Positions 20,186-29,782 of a DNA stretch of 64,000 nucleotides are shown here, one piece after another. The notes under the pieces were generated by a model. It made no database searches, was not told the DNA's origin, and was given only the letters and a program-made list of their open reading frames with translations. The DNA is from Alphaproteobacteria bacterium. Its GTDB lineage: Bacteria; Pseudomonadota; Alphaproteobacteria; UBA828. The stretch covers positions 224,001 to 288,000 of the forward strand of contig CAXXMU010000002.1 in NCBI GenBank assembly GCA_963667785.2. Direction: 5' to 3'. The stretch's first letter is position 1. Each line of letters starts with the position of its first letter. The position numbers and the translations under genes are program-made.

Positions 20186-21190
20186 TCATCGGCAGGGGTC
20201 CGCCCGGCTCAGATAGTCCTGCACGTAGCGGCGCACGCCGTCCTCGATCGTGGCAAAGGGTGTAGCGTAGCCCGCTAGGCGCAGCCGCTCCATCCGTGCC
20301 TCGGTAAAGTACTGATAGTGCGTGCGCATCGCCTCCGGCATCTCCACATAGTCGATCTGCGGCTCCCGTCCCAGTGCGGCGAAGAGCGCAACTGCGAGGT
20401 CCGCGAATGTCCGCGCCGTGCCGGTGCCCACGTTGAAGAGGCCGCTGACCGACGGATTGTCCATCAGCCAGAGCATCACCGCGACGCAGTCTCCTACCCA
20501 GACGAAGTCGCGGCGCTGGCCGCCGTCGGGATAGCGGCGGTCGTAGGACTTGAAGAGCCGCACCGGCCGGCCCCGGGCGGCGTCGGGATAGATGGCGGCG
20601 ACGACGCTCTTCTGCCCGCCCTTGTGATCCTCGTTGGGCCCGTAGACGTTGAAGAACTTGAGGCCCGCCCATTGCGGCGGCCGCGGCGCGCCTGCCGCGA
20701 GCGCGTGGGCGATGCGGCGGTCGACGAGATGCTTGCTGCGGCCGTAGCCGTTGAGCGGCTTCAGCCGGGCGAGCGCCGGGATGCTGCCGTCATCGTCGAA
20801 GCCGCAGCCGCCGTCTCCGTAGGTGGCCGCCGAGGAGGCGTAGATCAGCGGCACGTCGGCCGCCGTGCACCAGTGCCAAAGGTCCATGGTGAAGCGGAAA
20901 TTGTTGCGCGCCAGCAGGCTCGCGTCGGTCTCCGTGGTCGACGACGTGGCGCCCAGGTGGAAGACCGCTCTCACGCTGCCGGCGTTGGCGTCGAGGAAGG
21001 GCAGAAGCGCGGCCGGCTCAATTCGGGCCTCCAGCCGGCGCTTCGCGATCGTCCGGCCGTTCCCGCCCGCGTTCGCCCTGTCGCAGACCACGAGCGGGCC
21101 GGCGCCGCGCTCCTCCAGGGCGGCGACGAGATTCGAGCCTATGAAGCCCGCGCCGCCGGTGACGATGATCATGCCGCTCCCTGCCGCCAT
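20186..21190 (-). CDS. hldD: ADP-L-glycero-D-manno-heptose 6-epimerase
   Basis: IVTGGAGFIGS, HLGATSSTTE, YASSAATYG, PLNGYGRSK, FFNVYGPNE, RDFV, YQYFTEA. Confidence 0.9.
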   Translation of the reverse strand: MAAGSGMIIVTGGAGFIGSNLVAALEERGAGPLVVCDRANAGGNGRTIAKRRLEARIEPAALLPFLDANAGSVRAVFHLGATSSTTETDASLLARNNFRFTMDLWHWCTAADVPLIYASSAATYGDGGCGFDDDGSIPALARLKPLNGYGRSKHLVDRRIAHALAAGAPRPPQWAGLKFFNVYGPNEDHKGGQKSVVAAIYPDAARGRPVRLFKSYDRRYPDGGQRRDFVWVGDCVAVMLWLMDNPSVSGLFNVGTGTARTFADLAVALFAALGREPQIDYVEMPEAMRTHYQYFTEARMERLRLAGYATPFATIEDGVRRYVQDYLSRADPCR

Positions 21191-21285
21191 CCCGTTCAGT
21201 CCGGCGCGGCCGGTTATAGGGTCCGTCCGTCGCGCCCGGCAAGCGCCGTGCGGCGGGAGGGTCGCTGCCGGAGCGGGGGGCCCTG

Positions 21286-22164
21286 TCAGATCGTGCGCAG
21301 GAGTCCGCCCGTCACCAGGCGTAGCTTCTGCGTCGCGCTGAAGCGGATGCGCCGGCCCGAGACCGGGAAGCCCGCCCGCTCGATGCGGTCGAGATAGGCC
21401 TCGTAGACACTGCGCATGAGGATGGCGGGCCGCATGGCGCGCCGTTCCGAGCGCGGCAGCGCCTCGCTCGCGGCGCCGAAGTGACGCCGTGCCATCTGGC
21501 CGAGCGCGCCGCAGACCTTCTCCACGCCGGGCGTGCGCGCGATCGCGTCGGGGTTGATGCCTGCAAGCCCGTGCCGCTCCAGCAGCTCGCTTGGCAGGTA
21601 GATGCGGCCCCGCCGCGCGTCTTCCGCCACGTCGCGGAGGATGTTGGTGAGCTGGAACGCCTGGCCGAGGTGGCGGGCGAAGGTGGGGATGCTGCGGGCG
21701 CGGTACTCGAAGATCTCCACCGAGAGCAGGCCGACGCAGCCGGCGACGCAGTGGCAGTAGCGCTCGAGCTGGGCGAGCGTCGGGCGCACCATGGCGCCGC
21801 CGCCGTCCATCTCGAAGCCCTCCAGGATTTCCATGAAGTGGCGCTCGGCGAGCCCGAAGCGCTCCACCGGGCCGGCGAGCGCGCGGGTCACCGGGTGGCG
21901 CGGGGCGCCCTGGTAGAGCGCCCGGACCTCGCCCCGCCAGGCCTCGATCAGCGCGCGCGAATGCGCCGGATCCTCGATCTCGTCGGCCACGTCGTCGGTC
22001 TCGCGGCAGAAGGCGTAGAGGGCCAGCATCGCCTCGCGCTTCTCGCGCGGCAGCAGCATCATCGGCAGGAAGAACGAGCTGCCCGACGCGCGCGTGACCT
22101 CGGCGACGTAGCGCTTCGGGTCGGACGCCTGCGGGATCGGCAGGCTGGCCGCCTCGCTCACCAT
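21286..22164 (-). CDS. hpnD: Presqualene diphosphate synthase HpnD (squalene/phytoene synthase family)
   Basis: SGSSF, YAFCRETDDVAD, AFQLTNILRDVAEDARRGRIYLP; follows hpnC. Confidence 0.8.
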   Translation of the reverse strand: MVSEAASLPIPQASDPKRYVAEVTRASGSSFFLPMMLLPREKREAMLALYAFCRETDDVADEIEDPAHSRALIEAWRGEVRALYQGAPRHPVTRALAGPVERFGLAERHFMEILEGFEMDGGGAMVRPTLAQLERYCHCVAGCVGLLSVEIFEYRARSIPTFARHLGQAFQLTNILRDVAEDARRGRIYLPSELLERHGLAGINPDAIARTPGVEKVCGALGQMARRHFGAASEALPRSERRAMRPAILMRSVYEAYLDRIERAGFPVSGRRIRFSATQKLRLVTGGLLRTI

Positions 22165-23042
22165 GCGCCGGCGATGCCGCGCAGCGCGAGGCCGGCGCGC
22201 ACAGGCTTCGGCACCCTGATCCGACCGGCCAGCGGATCGCCCCGCGCCAGCCTGCGGTGAAGCGCCCAGGCCAGCCTGACGATCACCGCGCACTCCCAGC
22301 GAAAGCGCCGGCGGCGGACCGAGCGCGGCATGGCCTCGGCGCGCCGCAGCAGGCCGGCGGTATGCTCCAGGCAGCGGTCGATGGCGCAGCGCACCGCCGG
22401 CGCCGAGCGCCGCTCGGCCAGCATCTCGACCCCGCCGCCGGCCTCCTGCAGCCAGGATTCCGGCAGGTAGACGCGATCCAGCGCGAGATAGTCCTCGCGG
22501 CAGTCCTGCAGATGGTTCAGCACCTGCAGCGCGTTGCAGAGTGCGTCGGAGCCCTCGACGTCGGCGTGGCCGCTCTCGCCGTGGATGTCCATCATCACCC
22601 GCCCCACCGAGGCCGCCGAGCGCTGGCAGTAGTCCATCAGGTCGTCCCAGTCGGCATAGCGCAGCTTGGTCGCGTCCTGGATGAAGGCGGACAGCAGGTC
22701 CTGCCCGTTTCGCGCCGCGCACCCGGTCTCGATCAGGCTCCTGTGGTAGGGCACGGCCCAGTCGGGAAGCGTCGCCTCGTCGCTCCCCAGCGCGTCGCTT
22801 GCCGCCTGCAGACGGGCGACCTTGTCTGCCGCCGGGATGGTGGGCGAATCGGCGATGTCGTCCGCCTTGCGCGCGAACAGGTAGAACGCATGCACGTGCG
22901 GCCGGCAGTCGGGCGGGATCAGGAACGAGCCGACCGGGAAGTTCTCGCTGTTGGCACGGATCAGCGCGCGAATGTTCTCCTCGCGCGCTGCCGTCGCCGG
23001 GCCCGGCGCCCGGCGCAGCGCCGCAGATGCAGAGGCCGTCAT
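22158..23042 (-). CDS. hpnC: Hydroxysqualene synthase HpnC
   Basis: ENFPVGS, FARKADDIAD, ALQVLNHLQDCREDY..LDRVYLP. Confidence 0.85.
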   Translation of the reverse strand: MTASASAALRRAPGPATAAREENIRALIRANSENFPVGSFLIPPDCRPHVHAFYLFARKADDIADSPTIPAADKVARLQAASDALGSDEATLPDWAVPYHRSLIETGCAARNGQDLLSAFIQDATKLRYADWDDLMDYCQRSAASVGRVMMDIHGESGHADVEGSDALCNALQVLNHLQDCREDYLALDRVYLPESWLQEAGGGVEMLAERRSAPAVRCAIDRCLEHTAGLLRRAEAMPRSVRRRRFRWECAVIVRLAWALHRRLARGDPLAGRIRVPKPVRAGLALRGIAGAW

Positions 23043-23059
23043 TCGCTGCGCGGGCCCGC

Positions 23060-24286
23060 TCAGTTCGCGCCGGCGAGGAGCCGCCCGGCGATCTCCCGCG
23101 CGGCGCCGTCGATCGCGTAGACGTCGTCGAGCCCGGCGACGGCGCGATGGTCGCTGCGCTCGAGGCAGCGCTCCACCGTGCGCGCGATCTCCAGGAAGCC
23201 GATGCGCCGCGCGAGGAAGCCGCCGACCGCGACCTCGTTGGCGGCGTTGAGCACGATCGGCGCGCTGCCGCCCTGCGTGAGCGCCTCCCGCGCCAGCCGG
23301 AGCGCGGGGAAGCGCTCGTCATCGGGCGGCTCGAAGGTGAGGCGGCCAAGCGCCGCGAGATCGAGCCGGGGCGACGGCGCCGGCATGCGGGCGGGCCAGG
23401 CGAGCGAGTAGGCGATCGGCGTGCGCATGTCGGGGGAGCCGAGCTGCGCCAGCACCGAGCCGTCCACGTAGGCGACCATGCTGTGGATCACCGATTGCGG
23501 ATGCACCAGCACCTCGATCTGCCCTGCGTCCACCGGAAACAGATGAAAGGCCTCGATCATCTCGAGGCCCTTGTTCATCATCGTCGCCGAATCGACCGAG
23601 ATCTTGGCGCCCATGTCCCAGTTGGGGTGGGCGACCGCTTGCTCGGGCGTGGCCCCGGCCATGGCCTCCCGCGAGGCTTCGCGGAACGGCCCGCCCGAGG
23701 CGGTGAGCACGATCTTCTCGACGCCGTCCGCGCGTTCGAAGTCGAACACCTGGTAGATGGCGTTGTGCTCGGAATCGACCGGGAGCAGCGTCCCCCCGCC
23801 GCGCTCGACCTCGGCCAGCATGAGCGCGCCGGCGCAGACGAGGCACTCCTTGTTGGCGAGTCCGATGATGGCGCCCTGCCGGGCCGCCGCGAGGGTGGGG
23901 CGCAGCCCGGCGGCGCCGACGATGCCCGCCATGACGAAGTCCGCGGGCGCGGCCCCGGCCTCGATCAGGGCGTCTGCGCCGGCGGCAGCAGTGGTGCCGC
24001 TGCCCGCGAGCGCCGCCTTGAGCTCGCCGTAGAGGGCGGGGTCGCCGATAACGGCCCGGCTGGCGCCGACGGCGCGGGCCTGCTCGGCGAGCCGCGCCAC
24101 GCTCGTCTGGGCGGTGAGCGCCTCCACCTCGAACGCATCCCGCTGCCGGGCGATGAGGTCGATGGTGTTGCAGCCGATGGACCCGGTGGAGCCCAGGATG
24201 GTGACGCGCCGGGGCGCTGCCGCGTCGAGGGCGGCGGCGAGATGCCGCTCGGGCGCGACGTCGACGGCGGCATCCATCGGCGCCAT
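23060..24286 (-). CDS. dxr: 1-deoxy-D-xylulose 5-phosphate reductoisomerase
   Basis: [60 protein letters not shown]. Confidence 0.96.
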   Translation of the reverse strand: MAPMDAAVDVAPERHLAAALDAAAPRRVTILGSTGSIGCNTIDLIARQRDAFEVEALTAQTSVARLAEQARAVGASRAVIGDPALYGELKAALAGSGTTAAAGADALIEAGAAPADFVMAGIVGAAGLRPTLAAARQGAIIGLANKECLVCAGALMLAEVERGGGTLLPVDSEHNAIYQVFDFERADGVEKIVLTASGGPFREASREAMAGATPEQAVAHPNWDMGAKISVDSATMMNKGLEMIEAFHLFPVDAGQIEVLVHPQSVIHSMVAYVDGSVLAQLGSPDMRTPIAYSLAWPARMPAPSPRLDLAALGRLTFEPPDDERFPALRLAREALTQGGSAPIVLNAANEVAVGGFLARRIGFLEIARTVERCLERSDHRAVAGLDDVYAIDGAAREIAGRLLAGAN

Positions 24287-24412
24287 CCACCAGGATCCTT
24301 CTTCAGCCGGAGACTTGGCGTCCTATTGCGATTATCTTTCCAGCCCTCTCCCGCCATCGCAACAGCAATCGCCGCTGCGCCGGGCGGGAGACTCCACCGC
24401 TGGGAGGACCCC

Positions 24413-24745
24413 ATGAGCCTGACGAGCAAGACCTGCGTGCCCTGCCGGGGCGGCATTCCGCCTCTGCCCGAGGCCGAGGCCCTGACGCTTCTGGACCAGA
24501 CGCCGGGGTGGGAGCTGATCGACGACGCCACCAAGATCCGCCGCACCTTCTCGCTCGGCGACTTCGCCGAGGCCATGGCGCTGGTGCAGAAGGTCGGCGA
24601 CCTCGCCGAGGACGAGGGCCATCACCCGGACATCACCTTCGGCTGGGGCTACTGCACGGTCCTGTTCTATACCCACAAGATCAAGGGCCTGCACGAGAAC
24701 GACTTCATCATGGCGGCCAAGGTCAACGCGCTGGCGGGCGCCTGA
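24413..24745 (+). CDS. phhB: Pterin-4-alpha-carbinolamine dehydratase
   Basis: CVPCRGG, EGHHPDI, THKIKGLHENDFIMAAK; RBS GGAGG. Confidence 0.9.
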   Translation: MSLTSKTCVPCRGGIPPLPEAEALTLLDQTPGWELIDDATKIRRTFSLGDFAEAMALVQKVGDLAEDEGHHPDITFGWGYCTVLFYTHKIKGLHENDFIMAAKVNALAGA

Positions 24746-27700
24746 CCGCTGCACCCGCGCTTGCGCCGCTCCCCTCGACCGCGAGCGCGCAGAGGTCGCG
24801 GAGGAGGCGCTGGACGCCCTCCAGCCGCGCCTCCGTATCGGGCCAGCGCCGTGCCGCCACGAGGCGGTTGTCGGGCCTGAGGCTCAGCGCGTTCTCCGGC
24901 GCGGACACGTAGCGGACCAGCGCCGCCGGCTCGATCACGCCGCCGTCGCGCAGGCTCAGCACCGCGCCCTTCGGCCCGGCCTCGACCCGCTCGATGCCGC
25001 TCCGGCGGCAGAGCTGCTTGATCGCCATGATCTCGAGCAGGTGGCGCACCGAGGCGGGCGGCGGGCCGAAGCGGTCGGTCAGCTCGTCGATGAAGGCGTC
25101 GATCCCGGCCTGATCCTCCAGCGCGGCGACGCGCCGGTAGAGGGTGAGGCGCACGTCGAGGTCGCGCACGTAGTCCTCCGGAATCAGCACGGAAGTGCCG
25201 AGGCTGATCGTCGGCGACCAGCGCTCCGCCGGCGGTGCCTCGCCGCCGGCTGCGGCGCGCGCCGTCGCCACCGCCTCCTCCAGCATGTGCTGGTAGAGCT
25301 CGATGCCGACCTCCCTGATGTGCCCCGACTGCTCGGGCCCCAGCAGGTTGCCCGCGCCCCTGATGTCGAGATCGTGGCTCGCCAGGCTGAAGCCCGCGCC
25401 GAGGCCGTCGAGGCGGTGGATGACCTGGAGTCGCTTCAGCGCGGTGTCGGTGAGGCGATGCCCGGGCGGGAGCGTCAGATAGGCGTAGCCGCGCAGCTTG
25501 GCCCGCCCGATTCGGCCGCGAAGCTGGTAGAGCTGCGCCAGCCCGAAGCGGTCGGCACGATGCACGATCATGGTGTTGACGCGCTGCAGGTCGAGCCCCG
25601 ATTCGATGATCGCGGTGGAGACGAGCACGTCGACCTTGCCGTCGTAGAAGTCGCCCATGATGGAATCCAGCGCCCGCGCCGCGAGCCGGCCGTGGGCGAC
25701 GGCGACCTTCACCTCGGGCACGAGACGGCGCACCCGCTCGGCCACCTCGTCGAGGTCGGCGATGCGCGGGCAGACGTAGAACACCTGGCCGCCGCGCAGA
25801 TGTTCGCGCATCAGCGCCTCGCGCACGACTACCGGATCGAAGGGCAGGATGAACGTGCGCACCGCGAGGCGGTCCACCGGCGGGGTCGCGATGACGCTCA
25901 TGTCGCGCACGCCGCTCAACGCCATCTGCAGGGTGCGCGGGATCGGCGTCGCCGTCAGCGTCAGCACGTGCGCCTCCGCCTTGAGGCGCTTCAGCCGCTC
26001 CTTGTGGGCGACTCCGAAGTGCTGCTCCTCGTCCACCACGACGAGCCCGAGGTCGTTGAAGGCGATCTGCGGACCCAGCAGCGCATGGGTGCCGATGACG
26101 ATGTCGATCTCGCCGGCAGCGATGCCGCGCTTGGTCGCCGCCTGCTCCTTGGCCGGCACCAATCGCGAGAGTTGGGCGATCCTCACCGGCAGCCGGGCGA
26201 AGCGCTCGCCGAAGGTCTGCACGTGCTGGCGGCTCAGCAGCGTGGTCGGGGTCAGCACCGCGACCTGCTTGCCGGCCTGAACCGCGTGAAAGGCCGCGCG
26301 CAGCGCCACCTCGGTCTTGCCGAAGCCGACATCGCCGCAGACCAGCCGGTCCATCGCCCGCCCGGCGTCGAGGTCGCCGATCGCCTCGTCGATGGCGCGC
26401 GCCTGGTCCTCGGTCTCGACGTAGGGGAAGCCGGCGCAGAAGGCGTCGTAGAGCGCGCCCGGCGCCGAGAGCTGCGGCGCCGGCCTGGTCGCCCGCTCCG
26501 CCGCCAGCCCGATGAGCTGGTTCGCCATGTCGCGGATGCGCTGCCTGAGCCGCGCCTTGCGCGCCTGCCAGGCGGCGCCGCCGAGACGGTCCAGCACGAC
26601 CGGCCGGTCGGCCGAGCCGTAGCGCGACAGGAGCTCGATGTTCTCGACCGGCAGGAACAGCCGGTCGTCGCCCTCGTAGAGGATGCGCAGGCAGTCGTGA
26701 GGCGCGTGATCGACCTCCAGCGTCACCAGGCCGTCGTAGCGACCGATGCCGTGGTCGACATGGACGACGAGGTCGCCTTCCGCCAGCGCCGCCGCGTCGA
26801 CCAGGAAGTTCTCGGCGGGCTTGCGGCGCCGCTCGGGCCGGCTCGGGCGGGCGCCGAGGATGTCCTGCTCGGCGATCACGGCGAGTCCCGCCGAGGCGAA
26901 GCCCCGCTCCAGCGGCAGCACCGCGGCGGCCACGATTTCGGGCGGGAGCGCCTGCGCCTCCTGCCAGTCCGCCACCGGCTCGATGCCGTGCACGCCGTGC
27001 TCGCGCAGCAGGCGGACCATGCGGTCCCGGCTGCCGGCGCCGCCGCTCGCGATCATGACCCGACGGCCGCTCTCCTGCTGCCGGTCGATATGCGTGCCGA
27101 CGGCTTCGAACAGCGCGCCGCCGCGCTGCTTGCGCTCGGGCACGAAGTCGCGCCCCTCGCGGGCGCCGGCGTCGGCGCCGTCCGCACTTTCCACGAATGA
27201 CGAGCACTGCACCAGCGCTCGCCCGTCCGTCAGCCGCGCCCAGTCGTCTGCGTCGAGAAAGAGGGCGCCGGGCGGAACCGGGTGATAGGGCGCGTCCGCG
27301 ACCGAGGCGGCCTGCGGGTTCGTGCGCGCCTCGTAGAAGTCCGCGATGGTCTCGAAGCGGGTGTCGCGCGCTTCCGCCACGCGGTGGTCGAGCAGGACCG
27401 GGCCGTCCGGCACGTAGTCGAACAGCGTCTCCAGCCGCTCGTGAAAGAGCGGCAGCCAGTGCTCGACGCCCGGATAACGGCGCGCGGCGGAGACCGCCTC
27501 GTAGAGCGGGTCCTCGGCGGTCCCGGCCCCGAATTGCCGGCGATAGGCCGCCCGGAAGCGCGCGATCGACTGCGGGTTGAGCAGCACCTCGCTGACCGGC
27601 GCCAGCGCGATGGGGCCGGCGGCCTCGGCGCGCCGCTGCGATACGGGGTCGAACCAGCGCATGCTCTCGATCACGTCGCCGAAGAAGTCGAGCCGCACCG

Positions 27701-28253
27701 GGCGCTCGGCGTCGGGCGGGAAGATGTCCACGATGCCGCCGCGCACGGCATAGTCGCCGGCGTCCATCACCGTGCCGGTACGCACGAAGCCGTTGCGCTC
27801 CAGATAGTCGAGCAGGGTCTCGACATCGAGCGGCGCACCGGCCTCCAGCGCGAGCGTCGCATCGGCCAGCATCGTGCGTGGCGGCACCCGCTGAACCGCC
27901 GCGTTGACGGTGGTGAGCACCACCCTGGGCCGCGCCGCGCCGGCGCCCAGCAGCCGCACGAGGCCGGCAAGCCGCCGGCTCGCGATGTCCGCGCGGGGCG
28001 AGACCCGGTCGTAGGGCAGGCAGTCCCAGGCCGGGATGGTGACCTGATGGCAATCCGGGTCGAAGAAGGCGAGCAGGGCCGACTGCCGCGCCAGCCTCGC
28101 ATCGTCGCGGGCGACGTAGAGCACCGGCGCGTCCTGCGTCGCCGCGAGACGCAGCAGGACGGGCGCGATGAAGCCCTCCGGAACCCCGCCGAGCGCGTGG
28201 AGACCCGGCGCCGCTAGGGCGGGGAGGCAGCGGTCCGGGATCAGAGTCGTCAC
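24723..28253 (-). CDS. mfd: Transcription-repair coupling factor
   Basis: WDCLPYDRVSP, VVHVDHGIGRY, GDVGFGKTEV, DEEQHFG, TATPIPRT, QLRGRIGR. Confidence 0.97.
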   Translation of the reverse strand: MTTLIPDRCLPALAAPGLHALGGVPEGFIAPVLLRLAATQDAPVLYVARDDARLARQSALLAFFDPDCHQVTIPAWDCLPYDRVSPRADIASRRLAGLVRLLGAGAARPRVVLTTVNAAVQRVPPRTMLADATLALEAGAPLDVETLLDYLERNGFVRTGTVMDAGDYAVRGGIVDIFPPDAERPVRLDFFGDVIESMRWFDPVSQRRAEAAGPIALAPVSEVLLNPQSIARFRAAYRRQFGAGTAEDPLYEAVSAARRYPGVEHWLPLFHERLETLFDYVPDGPVLLDHRVAEARDTRFETIADFYEARTNPQAASVADAPYHPVPPGALFLDADDWARLTDGRALVQCSSFVESADGADAGAREGRDFVPERKQRGGALFEAVGTHIDRQQESGRRVMIASGGAGSRDRMVRLLREHGVHGIEPVADWQEAQALPPEIVAAAVLPLERGFASAGLAVIAEQDILGARPSRPERRRKPAENFLVDAAALAEGDLVVHVDHGIGRYDGLVTLEVDHAPHDCLRILYEGDDRLFLPVENIELLSRYGSADRPVVLDRLGGAAWQARKARLRQRIRDMANQLIGLAAERATRPAPQLSAPGALYDAFCAGFPYVETEDQARAIDEAIGDLDAGRAMDRLVCGDVGFGKTEVALRAAFHAVQAGKQVAVLTPTTLLSRQHVQTFGERFARLPVRIAQLSRLVPAKEQAATKRGIAAGEIDIVIGTHALLGPQIAFNDLGLVVVDEEQHFGVAHKERLKRLKAEAHVLTLTATPIPRTLQMALSGVRDMSVIATPPVDRLAVRTFILPFDPVVVREALMREHLRGGQVFYVCPRIADLDEVAERVRRLVPEVKVAVAHGRLAARALDSIMGDFYDGKVDVLVSTAIIESGLDLQRVNTMIVHRADRFGLAQLYQLRGRIGRAKLRGYAYLTLPPGHRLTDTALKRLQVIHRLDGLGAGFSLASHDLDIRGAGNLLGPEQSGHIREVGIELYQHMLEEAVATARAAAGGEAPPAERWSPTISLGTSVLIPEDYVRDLDVRLTLYRRVAALEDQAGIDAFIDELTDRFGPPPASVRHLLEIMAIKQLCRRSGIERVEAGPKGAVLSLRDGGVIEPAALVRYVSAPENALSLRPDNRLVAARRWPDTEARLEGVQRLLRDLCALAVEGSGASAGAAVRRPPAR

Positions 28254-28537
28254 CGCAGCGGCCGGTGCCGGCGGTTCCGGGCCTCGCGCCTGAGCCGGGC
28301 CAGGAAGGGCGTGTCGTGTTCCGCCGGCGCCGGCGTGCGCCCGCTGATCCAGGTGGCGATGTCCACGTCGTTCGCGCCGAGCAGCCGCTCCGCCTGTTCC
28401 ACTTCCTCGGGCGGCAGGCCGTCTCCGAGCCGGGCGATGACGTCGCCGACGAGGAGATCGGTCTCCTTGGTCCCGGTGCGGGCAGAGCGATAGCGCAGCC
28501 GCCGGCGTCTGGTGTCGATGTCGAGGCTCTCGCTCAT
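28250..28537 (-). CDS. sdhE: Succinate dehydrogenase assembly factor (FAD assembly factor SdhE)
   Basis: RRRRLRYRSARTGTKETDL; position directly upstream of mfd as usual in Alphaproteobacteria. Confidence 0.8.
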   Translation of the reverse strand: MSESLDIDTRRRRLRYRSARTGTKETDLLVGDVIARLGDGLPPEEVEQAERLLGANDVDIATWISGRTPAPAEHDTPFLARLRREARNRRHRPLR

Positions 28538-28568
28538 GGCCGCCGTAGCCCCGATGCGAGGGGAGGGC

Positions 28569-29759
28569 TCACCCGGCCGCGACGGCGGCGGGGTCGCGGC
28601 CGACGATGCGGCGGTATATCTCGGGATCGGTCGCACCCTCGCTGCCGATCACCAGCACCCGCGATGTCCCGGTCAGCGCCAGGGCGTCCCGCGCGTTGGC
28701 GTCTCCCACAGCGGCGATGAGGCCGCCCAGCGCCGCGGCGCCGGATTCGCCGAGCACCAGCGGCGGATCGCCCCCGCCGGGCGACGCGGCCCGGCGCATG
28801 GCATCCACGGCGCCGTCGTCGTCGAGCGCCATGAAGGCGAAGGCGCCCCGCTCCAGCAGTCGCCAGGCCAGCGGCGAGACCTCGGCGGCGGCGAGGCAGG
28901 CCATCACCGTGTCGAGATCGCCGGAGGCCGGGCTCGGCTCGCCCGCGAGCGCGCTCTGGTAGAGGCAGTCGGCGGCGGTGGGCTCCACCACTACGCCCTT
29001 CGGGCTCCCGGCGGCCGCGTCCTGGCGGAAGGCGCCGATCACGGCGGCGGCGAGCCCGCCGACCCCACCCTGGACGAAGAGATGGGTGGGAGTGTCGCCC
29101 GCCAGCGCGGCCCTGATCTCGTCCACCAGCATGGTGTAGCCGTGCATGACCCGGCTCGGCGCCTCGTCGCCGCCGGCGTGCGAGGTGTCCGAGACCAGGA
29201 TCCAGCCGTTGGCGCGGGCCTCGTCGGCGCAGGTGCGCACGGCCTCGTCGTAGCTGCCGTCCACGCGCTGGATGGCGGCGCCCTGGGCCGCGATGGCGCG
29301 CTCGCGGCCTGCGCTCACCGGCCCCGGCAGGAACACCGTGCAGCGCGCACCGGCGCGGCGCGCGCCCCAGGCGACGGCGAGCCCGTGGTTGCCGTCGGTG
29401 GCGCAGCAGACCGTGAGGTCGCGCACGCGCGCGCCGGCCCGGCCCGCGGCCACCTCGGCGATGGAGAGCGCGTCTCCCAACCGCTCGCGCAGCAGGTGAA
29501 CCACGGCGTAGGCGCCGCCCAGCGACTTGAAGCTGCCGAGGCCGAAGCGCCCGCTCTCGTCCTTGAGCCAGAGCGCCCCGATGCCGAGCGATGCCGCGAG
29601 GCCCTCCAGCCGGTGCAGCGGGGTCGGCCGGTAGCCCTCGAAGCTCGTGACCGCGGCGCGGGCCGCGGCGCGCCGCTCCGGCAGGATCACCGGCTGCGGG
29701 TCGTCCTCCGGCGCGGGCGCGTGGCGCGGGTTCAGGTGGAGGCGGAAGGGGGCGCTCAT
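28569..29759 (-). CDS. dpaL: Diaminopropionate ammonia-lyase (fold-type II PLP enzyme)
   Basis: YRPTPL, LKDESGRFGLGSFKSLGG, ATDGNHG, VSDTS, QGGVGG, GESGAA, SEGATDP. Confidence 0.85.
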   Translation of the reverse strand: MSAPFRLHLNPRHAPAPEDDPQPVILPERRAAARAAVTSFEGYRPTPLHRLEGLAASLGIGALWLKDESGRFGLGSFKSLGGAYAVVHLLRERLGDALSIAEVAAGRAGARVRDLTVCCATDGNHGLAVAWGARRAGARCTVFLPGPVSAGRERAIAAQGAAIQRVDGSYDEAVRTCADEARANGWILVSDTSHAGGDEAPSRVMHGYTMLVDEIRAALAGDTPTHLFVQGGVGGLAAAVIGAFRQDAAAGSPKGVVVEPTAADCLYQSALAGEPSPASGDLDTVMACLAAAEVSPLAWRLLERGAFAFMALDDDGAVDAMRRAASPGGGDPPLVLGESGAAALGGLIAAVGDANARDALALTGTSRVLVIGSEGATDPEIYRRIVGRDPAAVAAG

Positions 29760-29782
29760 GGCGTGCCGTCCGTCGCGCGGGC

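Noticed and set aside
24723-24745. Overlap of the convergent 3' ends of phhB and mfd
   Set aside because: Short convergent overlaps are common in GC-rich genomes; no sign of function
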